Virus record (IMG/VR): IMGVR_UViG_3300037587_000342
Location: 1 to 55,186 of that record
Source: a virus
Lineage: Duplodnaviria > Caudoviricetes
Strand: one strand, 5' to 3'
DNA: 55,186 nt
In this document: positions 16,413 to 26,378 of the stretch, piece by piece
Layout of the letters: each line of letters begins with the position of its first letter
Position numbering within the stretch: the first letter of the stretch is position 1
Notes under the pieces: model-generated
The model's database searches: none
Told to the model about the DNA's origin: nothing
The model's input: the letters and a program-made list of their open reading frames with translations, nothing else
Translations under genes and position numbers: made by a program

Positions 16413-17573
16413 ATGCCCACACAGATCGAGCCGTGCAAGAAGGAACGCCGCAGCTGGTTCTCGGTGGCGCGTGGCTTCAACGAGGACGGGACGCTCAACA
16501 TCATGGCGAGCACCGAGAACGTCGATCGTCACGGCGAGATCGTGCGGGCCGAGGCCTTCAAGCCCAACATGAAGGTCTATCGCACCAACCCGGTGATCTT
16601 GGCGGCGCACGAGCACTGGCTGCTGTCCGGTGAGTCGCCCGTCATCGCGCGCTCCGAGAAGGAAACGATCATCCCCAAGGTGGGGCTGGAGCAGTTGATC
16701 CGGTTCATCCCGGCCGAGCTCTATCCCGCCGGCACGCTGCAGCTGGGTCCGCTCTACGAGGCCCTGTACCGCCAGAAGTTCATGAACACCTTCTCGATCG
16801 GCTTCATCCCGGTCGAGTGGCGGCGCGAGGATCCCGAGAGTCGGCTGGAGTACATCGAGATCGACCACCTGGAGACGAGTGCGGTGGTCGTGCCCTCCAA
16901 CCGCGAGAGCTTGGCGAAGGCGGCGGACGAGAACGGTGCCGGCTCCAAGCTCGCCAAGTGGTGCCTGAAGCACCTCAGCGGCGACCTGTCCGAGCGCGAC
17001 TGGGATCCCCAGGTCGTGCGGAACAACCTGCGCGCACTGCAGGGTGCGGTGCGCAGCCTGAGGATCGAGATCGGTGAGGCGATCGAGGAGTCGCGGGCCG
17101 CCATCATCGCCAACGCCGACACCGGCAACGTGAACATCCAGCTAGATCCCGAGGTCGACACACTGGAAGTGATCGACGATGCCGCGAAGGCCGCGAAGGC
17201 TGCGAGCGCCGCGCAGGACCCGATCTACGACGACCTCCCGGAGCGTGGTGCCGAGGTCGAGAAGCCGGCCGAAGAGCCGACCGGGGAGCCCTGCACACAC
17301 TGCGGCATCACGTCGGAAGACGTGGACCGGGTCGAGCAGTCGTCCCGCCTGATGCAGGACGCGACCGAGCGCAACGAGTTCGTACTGGCCCAGATGGAGG
17401 GCTTGGTCGTGAGGGCCGAGTCCGCCGCCAAGGGCCATCCCACAAGCACAGAGCCGAGTCAACGTGACAGCGACGCGACGGGCGCCGCGGCGGATGACAA
17501 GGCAGACGAGATCCGACGCGGTCTCGACAGGATCAATGCTGCCGCCAAGGCGGCGCACAACGGGCGCAGCTAG
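16413..17573 (+). CDS. Prohead maturation protease with C-terminal extension
   Basis: ASTENVDRHGEIV, NPVILAAH, FSIGF, ETSAVVVPSN. Confidence 0.9.
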   Translation: MPTQIEPCKKERRSWFSVARGFNEDGTLNIMASTENVDRHGEIVRAEAFKPNMKVYRTNPVILAAHEHWLLSGESPVIARSEKETIIPKVGLEQLIRFIPAELYPAGTLQLGPLYEALYRQKFMNTFSIGFIPVEWRREDPESRLEYIEIDHLETSAVVVPSNRESLAKAADENGAGSKLAKWCLKHLSGDLSERDWDPQVVRNNLRALQGAVRSLRIEIGEAIEESRAAIIANADTGNVNIQLDPEVDTLEVIDDAAKAAKAASAAQDPIYDDLPERGAEVEKPAEEPTGEPCTHCGITSEDVDRVEQSSRLMQDATERNEFVLAQMEGLVVRAESAAKGHPTSTEPSQRDSDATGAAADDKADEIRRGLDRINAAAKAAHNGRS

Positions 17574-17594
17574 CGCGGAAGCAAGGAGGAAGCC

Positions 17595-18848
17595 ATGCCG
17601 GACACGGCAACCCTGGAGACGATCCAGGAGGGTGTGGACAACGTCGAGAAGTCCGTGGGGGATCTCGGCGGAGAGGTGACGGCGATCAAGACCTCGGTGG
17701 AGGAACTGAAGACAGCCAACGAGGCACACGAAGCTCAGATCGCAGCGATCAACGAGCAGCGTGCGTCGCAGGGTGCCCCGGGCATCCACGGCGGAGAGGG
17801 CAGCAAGCACAAGTACGCCTTCTCCCTGCACGACATGCTGAAGCATGCGGCGAAGATCACGAACGGCAAGGAGAACACGCTCGATTGCCCGGCAGACGCA
17901 CGTGAGAAGATCATGTCCACCGAGATCGGCCCCGACGGCGCCTATACGGTGCCGCCGGAGTTCGCTCCGGAACTGATCGAGCGTCTGAAGGCCGAGCAGG
18001 TCCTGGTCAAGGCCGGCATGCGCACCTTCACGGTGGACGCCGGCTTCGGCGCCGTGCATCTGCCGCGGCTCGAGAGCGGAATGACCATCGGCGAGATCGG
18101 TGAGGCCGGAGTGCCCGCCGTCTCGACGCCGCAGGTCGAACTGCTCGTGGCCAACGTGAAGCGGATCGCAGGCGTGGTGGAGGTGCCCAACGACCTCCTG
18201 CGCATGAACGGTGTGGGGCTCGAGGACGCGCTGCGCCAGGACTTCATCGAGGACGGCGCGTTGCGTGCCGACATCCTCGGTCTGCGCGGCACTGGTGCGA
18301 GCAATCAGCCCCGCGGCATCGTGAACACACCGGGCATCGGCTCGGTGGTGATCGGTGCGACGGGTGGCCCGATCACGATCGACCTCCTGCTGGACCTCCA
18401 GAAGGATGTCGCCGGGGCCAACAGCATGATGCGGCGACCGGCCTACATCATGCACTCCAACGTCTGGTACAACACCCTGCAGATCACCGAGGACAGCAAG
18501 CACGTCTTCCCGTCCGTCTTCTTCGCTCCTGGCATCCAGGAGATCCCGAAGATGGAGGCCGGTCTGCTCGGGCACATGGCCCTCAAGAGCAACCAGATCC
18601 CGACCAACCTCGAGAAGAGCACGTCGGGCCAGATCCTCTCCGAGATCTACTTCGGTGACTGGAGCGACTTCATCCAGGTCCGCTGGGGCAACCTGGAGCT
18701 CCGCACGTCGCGCGAGGCGACCCACCCGACCACGGGCCGGAGCGCCTTCCACCAGGACCTGACCGTGTTCCTGCTCATCCAGCGGCTGGACTACGTGGTC
18801 CGGCACCCGGGCAGCTTCTCGGTCATCACCGACGTCGAGGCCAACTAG
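17595..18848 (+). CDS. Major capsid protein (HK97 fold)
   Basis: N-terminal coiled coil, GAYTVPPEF, GTG.SNQPRGI, GDWSDF; AAGGAGG RBS. Confidence 0.95.
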   Translation: MPDTATLETIQEGVDNVEKSVGDLGGEVTAIKTSVEELKTANEAHEAQIAAINEQRASQGAPGIHGGEGSKHKYAFSLHDMLKHAAKITNGKENTLDCPADAREKIMSTEIGPDGAYTVPPEFAPELIERLKAEQVLVKAGMRTFTVDAGFGAVHLPRLESGMTIGEIGEAGVPAVSTPQVELLVANVKRIAGVVEVPNDLLRMNGVGLEDALRQDFIEDGALRADILGLRGTGASNQPRGIVNTPGIGSVVIGATGGPITIDLLLDLQKDVAGANSMMRRPAYIMHSNVWYNTLQITEDSKHVFPSVFFAPGIQEIPKMEAGLLGHMALKSNQIPTNLEKSTSGQILSEIYFGDWSDFIQVRWGNLELRTSREATHPTTGRSAFHQDLTVFLLIQRLDYVVRHPGSFSVITDVEAN

Positions 18849-18858
18849 CGACTGATCC

Positions 18859-18891
18859 AGGGCGGGGGCGTGCCCGGCGCCCCCGCCCTTC
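18859..18891 (+). terminator. GC-rich hairpin after the capsid gene
   Basis: Perfect 12-bp stem AGGGCGGGGGCG/CGCCCCCGCCCT with 7-nt loop; weak U tract. Confidence 0.6.
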
Positions 18892-18947
18892 ACCCACCGG
18901 GCACAGTGGCGAAACCAGTCAACGAGTAACGAAAGAAGGAGTGAAGC

Positions 18948-19361
18948 ATGTTCACCGGAAGCAAGCCGCAGGTCGCGGGCGGCACCCGGCGAGTCGTGTT
19001 GGATCAGGACACCGTCACCGCGGATGCCCAGGGCTCGGGTGTGGATGTCACGGATCTGATCGGGCTCGGCCTGGTGCTAGTCACGATCGGCGTGCCCGCG
19101 AACGCGGACAACACGATCGAGGCGCAGTTGCAGGAGTCCACGGACGACGCAGCGGCAGACGCCTACGAGGACATCGCTGGCGCGACCACGGGGATCATCA
19201 CCTCGGATGTCGCGACGGTGGAGGAGATCGTGGACGTGGATCTGGACGCGGCCGAGGACTTCATCCGGGTCAGCTACGAGAACGTGGCCGGCACGAGTCC
19301 GTCCTACGAGGTCGCGGTCGTCCTGATCGCTGGTGCGCAGGTTCTGCCGAACGATCCCTAG
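18948..19361 (+). CDS. Capsid decoration/cement-like protein
   Basis: Follows MCP; acidic beta-rich; QLQESTDD and FIRV motifs. Confidence 0.65.
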   Translation: MFTGSKPQVAGGTRRVVLDQDTVTADAQGSGVDVTDLIGLGLVLVTIGVPANADNTIEAQLQESTDDAAADAYEDIAGATTGIITSDVATVEEIVDVDLDAAEDFIRVSYENVAGTSPSYEVAVVLIAGAQVLPNDP

Positions 19362-19464
19362 GCCATAGGGCTAGAGCGAAGTAAAGTCCCTCCCGGGACA
19401 TAGGGAGTGGTGGGGGTCGGACGTACCGGCCCCTGCCCTCCCGACCTTTCCGGGAGGAACAACC

Positions 19465-19776
19465 ATGACACGCGAGAAGCTCGAGAAGAAGCCGGCCCGC
19501 AACCAGTACCAACTGCGGGAGGGCTACAGCATCAAGGAGGGCGACGTTCTCGTCTCGGGACCGGACTTCATCACCCGGTCACTGGAAGAGGCGTTCAAGA
19601 TCAAGCACATGCTCGAAGAGGCGCACACGGTCGAAGCCCAGTGGAAAGCGCGCCAGAGTGAGCGCAACGCCACGCGACGCGACTCGAAGTTGCGCGCCGC
19701 AGCGATCGCACGTGGTCTGGATCCAGACGAGGTGATGCGGAACCGTCCAGGCAATGACGGTGGAGGCGGCGACTAA
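19465..19776 (+). CDS. Hypothetical head-module protein
   Basis: GGGAGG RBS; position. Confidence 0.7.
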   Translation: MTREKLEKKPARNQYQLREGYSIKEGDVLVSGPDFITRSLEEAFKIKHMLEEAHTVEAQWKARQSERNATRRDSKLRAAAIARGLDPDEVMRNRPGNDGGGGD

Positions 19777-20421
19777 TTGGCAACCTTCCTCCTCAGTGAC
19801 CTGAATGCGGTGAAGACCGCTCTGAAAGCCGAGGGGGAGAGCGACGATGGCGTTCTCACGCTCTGGTTGAGGACCGTTAGCGCCGAGGCCGCGAAGATCA
19901 TGAAGCGGCCGACTGGTATCCGGCAGGAAGCCCGGGTAGAGACCGTGAACGTGCGGCGCGGTCAACGGGTGTTCCCCGTCCGTGGCTGGCCGATCGTCAG
20001 CATCGCGTCGATCGAGTGGGATCCGCTCAGCAGCTTCATCACGCCCACGACGCTCGATACCAACCTCTACACATTCGATCCCCGCAAGGGGCTCGTGTAT
20101 CTGCGGCTCGACCTCAATACCCACTTCGGGCACATCCACGGGGGCCACGGCTCGCACACGGATCTCGCACCGCAGTCGCTGCGCGTCACCTACATGGGTG
20201 GGATCGCAACCGACATCGAGGCGCTGCGCGCGGATGACGAGTACGACGACATCGAGCAGGCCGTGCTGCTCCAGATCCATGCAATGTGGAAGCGGCGCGA
20301 TTCGACGCCGGGCGACTTTGCGATAAGCGGGCAGGGCGGATCCACGCGCCAGCCGGCGCTGGATTGGGTGCCGCAGGCATTCAAGATTCTGAAGCGCCAC
20401 GCGAGGCGGAACGTTGCCTGA
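19777..20421 (+). CDS. Head-tail adaptor (gp6/gp15-like)
   Basis: L..VK..L, LRGWPI.SI.SI-like segment, VTY.GG, DIEQAVL, ILKRH. Confidence 0.8.
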   Translation: MATFLLSDLNAVKTALKAEGESDDGVLTLWLRTVSAEAAKIMKRPTGIRQEARVETVNVRRGQRVFPVRGWPIVSIASIEWDPLSSFITPTTLDTNLYTFDPRKGLVYLRLDLNTHFGHIHGGHGSHTDLAPQSLRVTYMGGIATDIEALRADDEYDDIEQAVLLQIHAMWKRRDSTPGDFAISGQGGSTRQPALDWVPQAFKILKRHARRNVA

Positions 20422-21046
20422 CCTCCTGACGTTCGACATCCCCATCGCGCGCCTGGTGCGCAAGCTCTTCGACGAAGGCCCCAAGAAGGTCGAGAAGGAA
20501 CTGGATCGAGTCCTGGTGGACATCGGCCGCAAGTTCGAGCGGCACATCGTCAAGAACCGGCTGCGCGGCGGACCGAGTGCCAGGGCCGTAGGCAAGCGCA
20601 CGGGCCAGCTGCGGAACAGCTTCGGCACCCGGGCACTGGCGCGGGGGCTCGACGGCATCGTTGTCGTGGGGTTCGGTCCGCCGGCCACAGCATGGACCGG
20701 AGGCGCTGAGCGGTACGCGGCCGTCCACGAAGGACTCGTGGACATGCCCATCGAGCCGAAGAGAGGCACGTACTTGGCGATCCCGATCGCAGAGAACCTG
20801 ACCGGCTCCGGGGTCGCGCGTATCCAGAGTCCACGAGATCTCGCGGATCCGGAGTTCGTGCCGTGGCTGTTCACGACCGGACCTGGCTTCCTGGTGTTCG
20901 ATGCGGATCAGCTGATGTTCGCGCTCGTGCTCCAGGTCAGGATCCCTGCGCGGCTTCACTTCCGCGAAGACTGGGCGCGGCTGAAGCCCGAGTACCAAGC
21001 AGACATCTTCAAGGCCGTCGATCGAGGCCTGAATGCGACTCGCTGA
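20414..21046 (+). CDS. Neck/tail completion protein (HK97 gp10-like)
   Basis: RTGQLRNS, YAAVHEG, YLAIP, V.IPAR. Confidence 0.75.
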   Translation: MPDLLTFDIPIARLVRKLFDEGPKKVEKELDRVLVDIGRKFERHIVKNRLRGGPSARAVGKRTGQLRNSFGTRALARGLDGIVVVGFGPPATAWTGGAERYAAVHEGLVDMPIEPKRGTYLAIPIAENLTGSGVARIQSPRDLADPEFVPWLFTTGPGFLVFDADQLMFALVLQVRIPARLHFREDWARLKPEYQADIFKAVDRGLNATR

Positions 21047-21540
21047 TGCCGAGCGTCCGCCAGAACATCATGACGGCCATCGTGGCGGCTTTCGAAAAGC
21101 TGGACCTAGGCGGCGTGCCGCGACAGCGTGTGCAGCGAGTCACGGAAGAGTGGAAGGGCGCGGAACTCGAGAGCAACCTGCCGCTGATCGTGGTGCTGGA
21201 TCCCAGCGAGGACGACTTCACGGGCAGCAACAACGCTCCGATGATGCACTACCTGAACGAGCTCGATGTCCTCGTCTTCGTGATCCTGGATGCTGGCAAC
21301 CGCGACGAATCACGGGCGAAGACCATGCGGCGCGCACTGGCCGCCGCCAAGAACGTGGTGATGACCCAGGGGGTGCCCGACACGGGCACGGTCAAGCAGG
21401 TCAACGGTGTCAACTGGTGGCACCTCAAGAACAACCAACTGGTGGAGTTCGGATCCGGAGGCAACGTGGTTGCGGTGAAGTTGGGGACGAGTGTTCTCTA
21501 CTTGCACAGTGACACAGACGCAAACGTCGGGAGGCAGTAA
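21046..21540 (+). CDS. Tail terminator (putative)
   Basis: SVRQNIM.AI..A start; position before the tube gene. Confidence 0.65.
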   Translation: MPSVRQNIMTAIVAAFEKLDLGGVPRQRVQRVTEEWKGAELESNLPLIVVLDPSEDDFTGSNNAPMMHYLNELDVLVFVILDAGNRDESRAKTMRRALAAAKNVVMTQGVPDTGTVKQVNGVNWWHLKNNQLVEFGSGGNVVAVKLGTSVLYLHSDTDANVGRQ

Positions 21541-22484
21541 TGGCCGTCATCCTCAAGGAACGTGGAATGATTGCGGTGGAACTCGAGGCCGTGAAAGGTA
21601 CGGCTGAAACCCCCGACGCTGCTGACGCCGGGATCGAGGTCTTCGATCCCGAGGTGGACGAGGACATCCCCATCGCACGTCGGAACTCGGTGGAGGCCAG
21701 CTTCGACAAGCGGCCCGGGATCTCAGGGAACCAGATGCGCACGGTCACGTTCCGGGTGCCCATGAAGGGCTCCGGAGTTGCCGGCACGGTCACCGAGATC
21801 ACCAAGTTGCTGCAGGCATGCGGGCTCACCGAGACGGTCAACATTGGCGTTGATGTCCTGTACGACCCGGAATCGGACGACGCGGTCAATCAGAGCGCCA
21901 CGATCGATGTCTACCAGGACAAGCTGCGCAAGCGCACGCACGGCTGCATGGGCAACGTGAAGTTCGTGATCGCGCAGAACGAGGTCCCGGTGATGGAGTT
22001 CACCTACATCGGCCTCTATAACGCAGCCTCCGACGTGCCGCTCCTGACCGGCATCAGCTACGGCACCGTGAGCCCGCCGAACCCGGTCGGTATGACCTGC
22101 ACGTGGGCCGGCTTCACGTTCCGCCTCACCAACTTCTCTCTGGACCTCGGCAACGATGTCCAGCTGCGCGAGGACATCTGCGCAGCCACCGGCTTCCTCC
22201 ACGCCTACATCGCGGATCGGCTGCCGGTGATCGAGGTGGACCCCGAGGAGGAACTGGTCGCCACCGTGGACTGGGTCGAGCAGATGCGCACCGCAACGCT
22301 GGGGGCGCTCCTGATCACCATCGGCGGGACCGCCGGCAATGTCTGGACGTTCAACGCGCCCAACGCGCAGATCGTGGACAGCACTCCGGGCGACCGGAAC
22401 CTGATGCAGATCAAGCAGCTGGTGCTGGAAGCACTGGCGAACACGGACGATGGAGACGACAGCGTCAATCTGACGCTGACCTAA
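21540..22484 (+). CDS. Major tail tube protein
   Basis: GSG.AGT, LLQACG, G..GNV, FTY.G, DLGNDV, G.TAGN; position. Confidence 0.85.
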   Translation: MAVILKERGMIAVELEAVKGTAETPDAADAGIEVFDPEVDEDIPIARRNSVEASFDKRPGISGNQMRTVTFRVPMKGSGVAGTVTEITKLLQACGLTETVNIGVDVLYDPESDDAVNQSATIDVYQDKLRKRTHGCMGNVKFVIAQNEVPVMEFTYIGLYNAASDVPLLTGISYGTVSPPNPVGMTCTWAGFTFRLTNFSLDLGNDVQLREDICAATGFLHAYIADRLPVIEVDPEEELVATVDWVEQMRTATLGALLITIGGTAGNVWTFNAPNAQIVDSTPGDRNLMQIKQLVLEALANTDDGDDSVNLTLT

Positions 22485-22519
22485 CCGACACGCTCGCGTG
22501 TCACCGGGAGGGACACACA

Positions 22520-22954
22520 ATGGGACGACCGAAGGCACTAGCGGAACTGCACGTGACACCCTACGTGCTCCGCAACAACCGAGAGGATCCGGAATCGGAG
22601 CAGGTCAAGTGGATGATCCGCGGGCTCGAGACAGAGGAGCGCAACGTGCTGTTCCAACGCATGCGGCGCGAATGCGTGTTCAAGCCCGACGGATCGTTCG
22701 ACCTGAAGAAGAGCGAGCACTTGGCGGTAACGCAGTGCATGCGGGAGGCCTGTCGCTACGGCCTGAAGGGCTGGCACAACCTCAAGCAGCCCGTGGTCGA
22801 TCCGGCTACTCGCAAGATGGTGGGTGAGGAGGATCTGCCGTTCCCCGGTTCTGGCGATGCGTCAGTGCGGAAGATCGACAATGACATCGCGATCGAACTC
22901 GGCCTAGAGATCCTCGTGCGCAGCAGGCTCACGGAGGAGGAATCGGGAAACTGA
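22520..22954 (+). CDS. Tail assembly chaperone (gpG-like)
   Basis: Between tube and tape measure; ends LTEEESGN on a slippery site. Confidence 0.8.
   Translation: MGRPKALAELHVTPYVLRNNREDPESEQVKWMIRGLETEERNVLFQRMRRECVFKPDGSFDLKKSEHLAVTQCMREACRYGLKGWHNLKQPVVDPATRKMVGEEDLPFPGSGDASVRKIDNDIAIELGLEILVRSRLTEEESGN
22945..22951 (+). other. -1 programmed frameshift site G GGA AAC
   Basis: X XXY YYZ heptamer directly before TGA; the -1 frame runs into 22957..23415. Confidence 0.85.
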
Positions 22955-23415
22955 GATTGGCCACGGCTGTCGCGTCGGGGCGATGGCCGTGCGCCTGTGA
23001 CCGACAACGGCGGCTTGAAGCCGCGCACCCGACACTGAAGCAGGAGCGCCCGTGGCACTGGGAAGAGATGAACGGCTGTCAGCGCCCCGCCGCAGCAGCG
23101 GTGGCGTACTGGGACACCAAGCCGATGTACCGGTGCCCCGCCCTGCTGGTCGATCCGGAGTGGTGGCCGTATCTGAGCCTGTACCGGCTGTGGCGGGAGG
23201 GGCGTCCCCTGGTAGCAGCAACGGTGGCGAAGGAACCGGCGGTCCTCGTGGACATCATGCAGACGATCAGCGAGGAGATCGCGAAGCTCCAAGCCGAGGA
23301 GATGGAGCGGCAGCAGGCGTCGAGCCAGAAGCCCGGGGAAAAGCGTCGAGCGATCTCGCCCGTGAGGCCCAGCACGGGACCGAAGGCCCCGAAGCGCCGG
23401 AGCCGCCGGAGGTGA
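22945..23415 (+). CDS. Tail chaperone frameshift extension (gpT-like)
   Basis: -1 frame open from the slippery site to 23415; no good RBS of its own. Confidence 0.75.
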   Translation, partial: GKLRLATAVASGRWPCACDRQRRLEAAHPTLKQERPWHWEEMNGCQRPAAAAVAYWDTKPMYRCPALLVDPEWWPYLSLYRLWREGRPLVAATVAKEPAVLVDIMQTISEEIAKLQAEEMERQQASSQKPGEKRRAISPVRPSTGPKAPKRRSRRR

Positions 23416-23418
23416 TCG

Positions 23419-25677
23419 GTGGCTGACCAACGCGACCTCAGCATCTTCATTCGCCTGAAGGACGGGATCACCAAGCAGTTCTCCCGGGTGGGGAAGTTCC
23501 TGGTCGGGGAGTCGGGCCGCATCGGGAAGGCCATCAAGGGCATCTCCAAGCGGTTCGTGAATCTGCGCAATATCATCGTCGGCCTGGTCGCCGGCAAGGT
23601 GGTTGGTGGTCTCACCAGCGCCTTCTTCGCGCAGGAGAAGGCCGTCGCGTCGCTCGACCAGTCGATCAAGTCGATGGGCCGGACCACCGAGGGCCTGAGT
23701 GGTCAGCTGCAGGAACTCGCCACCCAGATCCAGCGCGAGGGGATCATCGGGGACGAGGCGATCATCGCGGGCCAGTCGTTCCTCACGACCTACGGGGCCA
23801 TCACAGATGAACTGTTGCCGCGCACCTCCATCATCATGGCCGACATCTCGGCCAAGATGGGCGGCGACATCGTGCGGGCCGCCAACCTGCTCGGCAAGGC
23901 GTCGCTGGGCATGGTGGGCGAGCTCAGCCGGGTCGGCATCACGCTCTCGGATACGGCGAAGGAGACGAAAGACTTCCAGCTGATCCTGACCGAGATCGAG
24001 GATCAGGTTGGCGGCATGAACAAGGCGCTGGCGAAGACCGCGTTCGGTGGCGCCAAGCAGATGGCCAACGCCTTCGGGGACCTCAAGGAATCGGCCGGAT
24101 CCTTCTTCGCGGCGATCCTCGAGTCCGGGTTGAGCGAGTTCCTGAAGACCACGTTCGAGGTCCTGACCGAGGATCTGGACGAGGCGGTGAAGTCGTTCAA
24201 GGACAGTGAAGGTGCCGCCAAGACGTTCTCAGACATCGCAGTCGGCGCCCTGAAGGCTGTGGCGTTCGCGATCGCGGCGGCAGTGGACGGCTTTCGCGTA
24301 CTGATCAAGACGCTGAACATCCTCGAGCGCGCCGCAGTCGCCGTCAAACTCGCAAAGCTCCGCGGAGACCTGCTGAATCTGAAAGGCTCACTCAGGAGCA
24401 CGAATAGAGAAGCAGCACGTCTCAACATCGTTTTCGAGGAAGGAGTTGGATCCACCGACAAACTCGCGTTGTCGTTGCTCAATCAGAAAATCGCACAAGA
24501 AAAACTCATCGATGAGACCAGAAGAACTATCACGGCACTTCGCAAAGAGCAGGGCGAGCTCGAAGGTACGGGTCTCAAGGTCGGAGACCTCGATAAGGCC
24601 TTCAAGTTCATCGAGAAGACGCTGAAGGACGTCGAGGAACGGATGAAGAAGAATGCCGCTGCCGAGGCGGCGGCGGCGGTGGCAGCCGCGAAGCAAGCCG
24701 CAGCACTCAAGGTGGTGGCGACAGAGGCCCAGAAGGCCGCAGCCGGCGTGAGTCTGCTCCGGAAGGCCGACGTCGCATTCGCTGAGACCCTTCTGGAAGA
24801 CATCGATGCACTGAAGGCCGTGGCCGATGCAATGGGCACAGGCAGTGCAGCAGCCGAGCAGTTCCAAGCAGTGCAGGATCTGCTGCGGGGTTCGAGTGAA
24901 GACCTAGGCGCCGTGCTCGCAAAGGCCTTCGAGGACATTGGTGCCGGTGTCTCGGACCTGTCGGACACCGACCTCGTGAACCTGATCGAGACGTTCAACG
25001 CGGTCCAGGCCAAGATCAAGGAGTTCGACAAAGCCAACGACGATCGCAACAAGAAGATGGTGGCCGCAGAGAAGGCGACCGTCGCCAGCATCATCGGCTT
25101 CTGGCAGGACGGGCAGACCACCCTGCTCGCCATCACCAAGAATTTCACGAGCTCAGTGCTCGACTTCACCAGCCAGGTGATCGACAAGGCGTTCGAAGGG
25201 CAGATCCAGAGCATCAAGGATGTGGGTGAGATCGCCCAGGACGTGCTGAAGCAACTCGTGAAGAGCGTGATTCAGCAGCTGCTCCAGTTGGCGATCACTG
25301 CCGCCACGACCCGGGCAGTGGCCGGCGCTGCGGGCGGTGGCGTGTTCGAGGGTGGGCTTGGGGACCTGACGCCAGTGGCAGCGTTCGCGGGCGGTGGCGT
25401 GGTGACTCAGCCCACCGTGGCCCTGATCGGTGAGGGACAGGGCGATGAGGCCATAATCCCGATGAAGAACGGCGCCGTCCCAGTGATGTTCATGGGTGGA
25501 GATGGCCAGGGCGGACGTGGCACGACCGAAGTCTCGCTCACGATCAACGCGATCGACTCCGGGGACGTGAGCCGTGTGTTCACGAGTCCCCAGGGCCAAG
25601 AGAGCATTCGCAGGGTGCTCTCCGATTCGATGGATCGCTCACAGGAGTTCCGCGCCAAGATCCGAGGGAGCCTCTAG
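23419..25677 (+). CDS. Tape measure protein
   Basis: Ala-rich helical 752 aa; C-terminal FAGGGVV..PT.ALIGE..EAIIP. Confidence 0.92.
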   Translation: MADQRDLSIFIRLKDGITKQFSRVGKFLVGESGRIGKAIKGISKRFVNLRNIIVGLVAGKVVGGLTSAFFAQEKAVASLDQSIKSMGRTTEGLSGQLQELATQIQREGIIGDEAIIAGQSFLTTYGAITDELLPRTSIIMADISAKMGGDIVRAANLLGKASLGMVGELSRVGITLSDTAKETKDFQLILTEIEDQVGGMNKALAKTAFGGAKQMANAFGDLKESAGSFFAAILESGLSEFLKTTFEVLTEDLDEAVKSFKDSEGAAKTFSDIAVGALKAVAFAIAAAVDGFRVLIKTLNILERAAVAVKLAKLRGDLLNLKGSLRSTNREAARLNIVFEEGVGSTDKLALSLLNQKIAQEKLIDETRRTITALRKEQGELEGTGLKVGDLDKAFKFIEKTLKDVEERMKKNAAAEAAAAVAAAKQAAALKVVATEAQKAAAGVSLLRKADVAFAETLLEDIDALKAVADAMGTGSAAAEQFQAVQDLLRGSSEDLGAVLAKAFEDIGAGVSDLSDTDLVNLIETFNAVQAKIKEFDKANDDRNKKMVAAEKATVASIIGFWQDGQTTLLAITKNFTSSVLDFTSQVIDKAFEGQIQSIKDVGEIAQDVLKQLVKSVIQQLLQLAITAATTRAVAGAAGGGVFEGGLGDLTPVAAFAGGGVVTQPTVALIGEGQGDEAIIPMKNGAVPVMFMGGDGQGGRGTTEVSLTINAIDSGDVSRVFTSPQGQESIRRVLSDSMDRSQEFRAKIRGSL

Positions 25678-26375
25678 TGGCGGTTGAGCTCTTCGATCCG
25701 CCGATCAACCCCTCGTTCGCATGGGACGTGACAGACCGCTTCTCAACGATCGAGAACCAGCCCGAGCGTGGGCACAGAATCACGCGGCCGCGGCGCGATC
25801 GGAAGTTGCGGGCCTGGAATCTGCGATGGGAGAACGCGGACCAGGCGACAGCCGACTATCTGCGCGCGTTTGCCGAGTACCACCTGGGCGCTGCGGTCGG
25901 ATTCAACTACGACCTGCCATGCGTCGATCTCTACACACCGGGGCCAGCGTTCTTCCCCACGGGTCTGCTCGCTCAAGGCACCGGGGGCTCGCTCGCGGAC
26001 GGCACCTACAACGTCCGGTACACATTCGAGAATGGCAACGGCGAGACGGTGGCAGCGCCGCGCGAGCAACTTGTGATCGCAGCGGGTGGCGGAACGGCAG
26101 CGATCGACTTCACGATGCCGCCCCGGTTGCCGGCTGACGCGACACTCTTCGGCATCTACGCGAGCCTCGATCCTGCTGTTGAGACGAAGCAGACGACGAA
26201 CAGCAACCCAGGCTCAGTCGAGTCGATCACGTCCCTCATCGCGGGCGCGGCGCTCCCGACCGCGAACGGGATGCAGGGCCGCGTACTCGCAAACTTCACT
26301 GACACACCACGGCCTCGGCTCGTAGCAGCGGGCATCTGGGTCGTCGAAATCATCATTCTTGAGTTGCTGGCGTAG
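25677..26375 (+). CDS. Distal tail/minor tail protein (gpM-like with insertion)
   Basis: Follows TMP; R.W.L.W...F...H.G....F pattern. Confidence 0.7.
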   Translation: MAVELFDPPINPSFAWDVTDRFSTIENQPERGHRITRPRRDRKLRAWNLRWENADQATADYLRAFAEYHLGAAVGFNYDLPCVDLYTPGPAFFPTGLLAQGTGGSLADGTYNVRYTFENGNGETVAAPREQLVIAAGGGTAAIDFTMPPRLPADATLFGIYASLDPAVETKQTTNSNPGSVESITSLIAGAALPTANGMQGRVLANFTDTPRPRLVAAGIWVVEIIILELLA

Positions 26376-26378
26376 CCC

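Noticed and set aside
14647-18893. Long minus-strand ORFs (14647..16422, 14934..16382, 17142..18893 and similar elsewhere)
   Set aside because: Antisense shadows of GC3-rich structural genes; no recognisable motifs.
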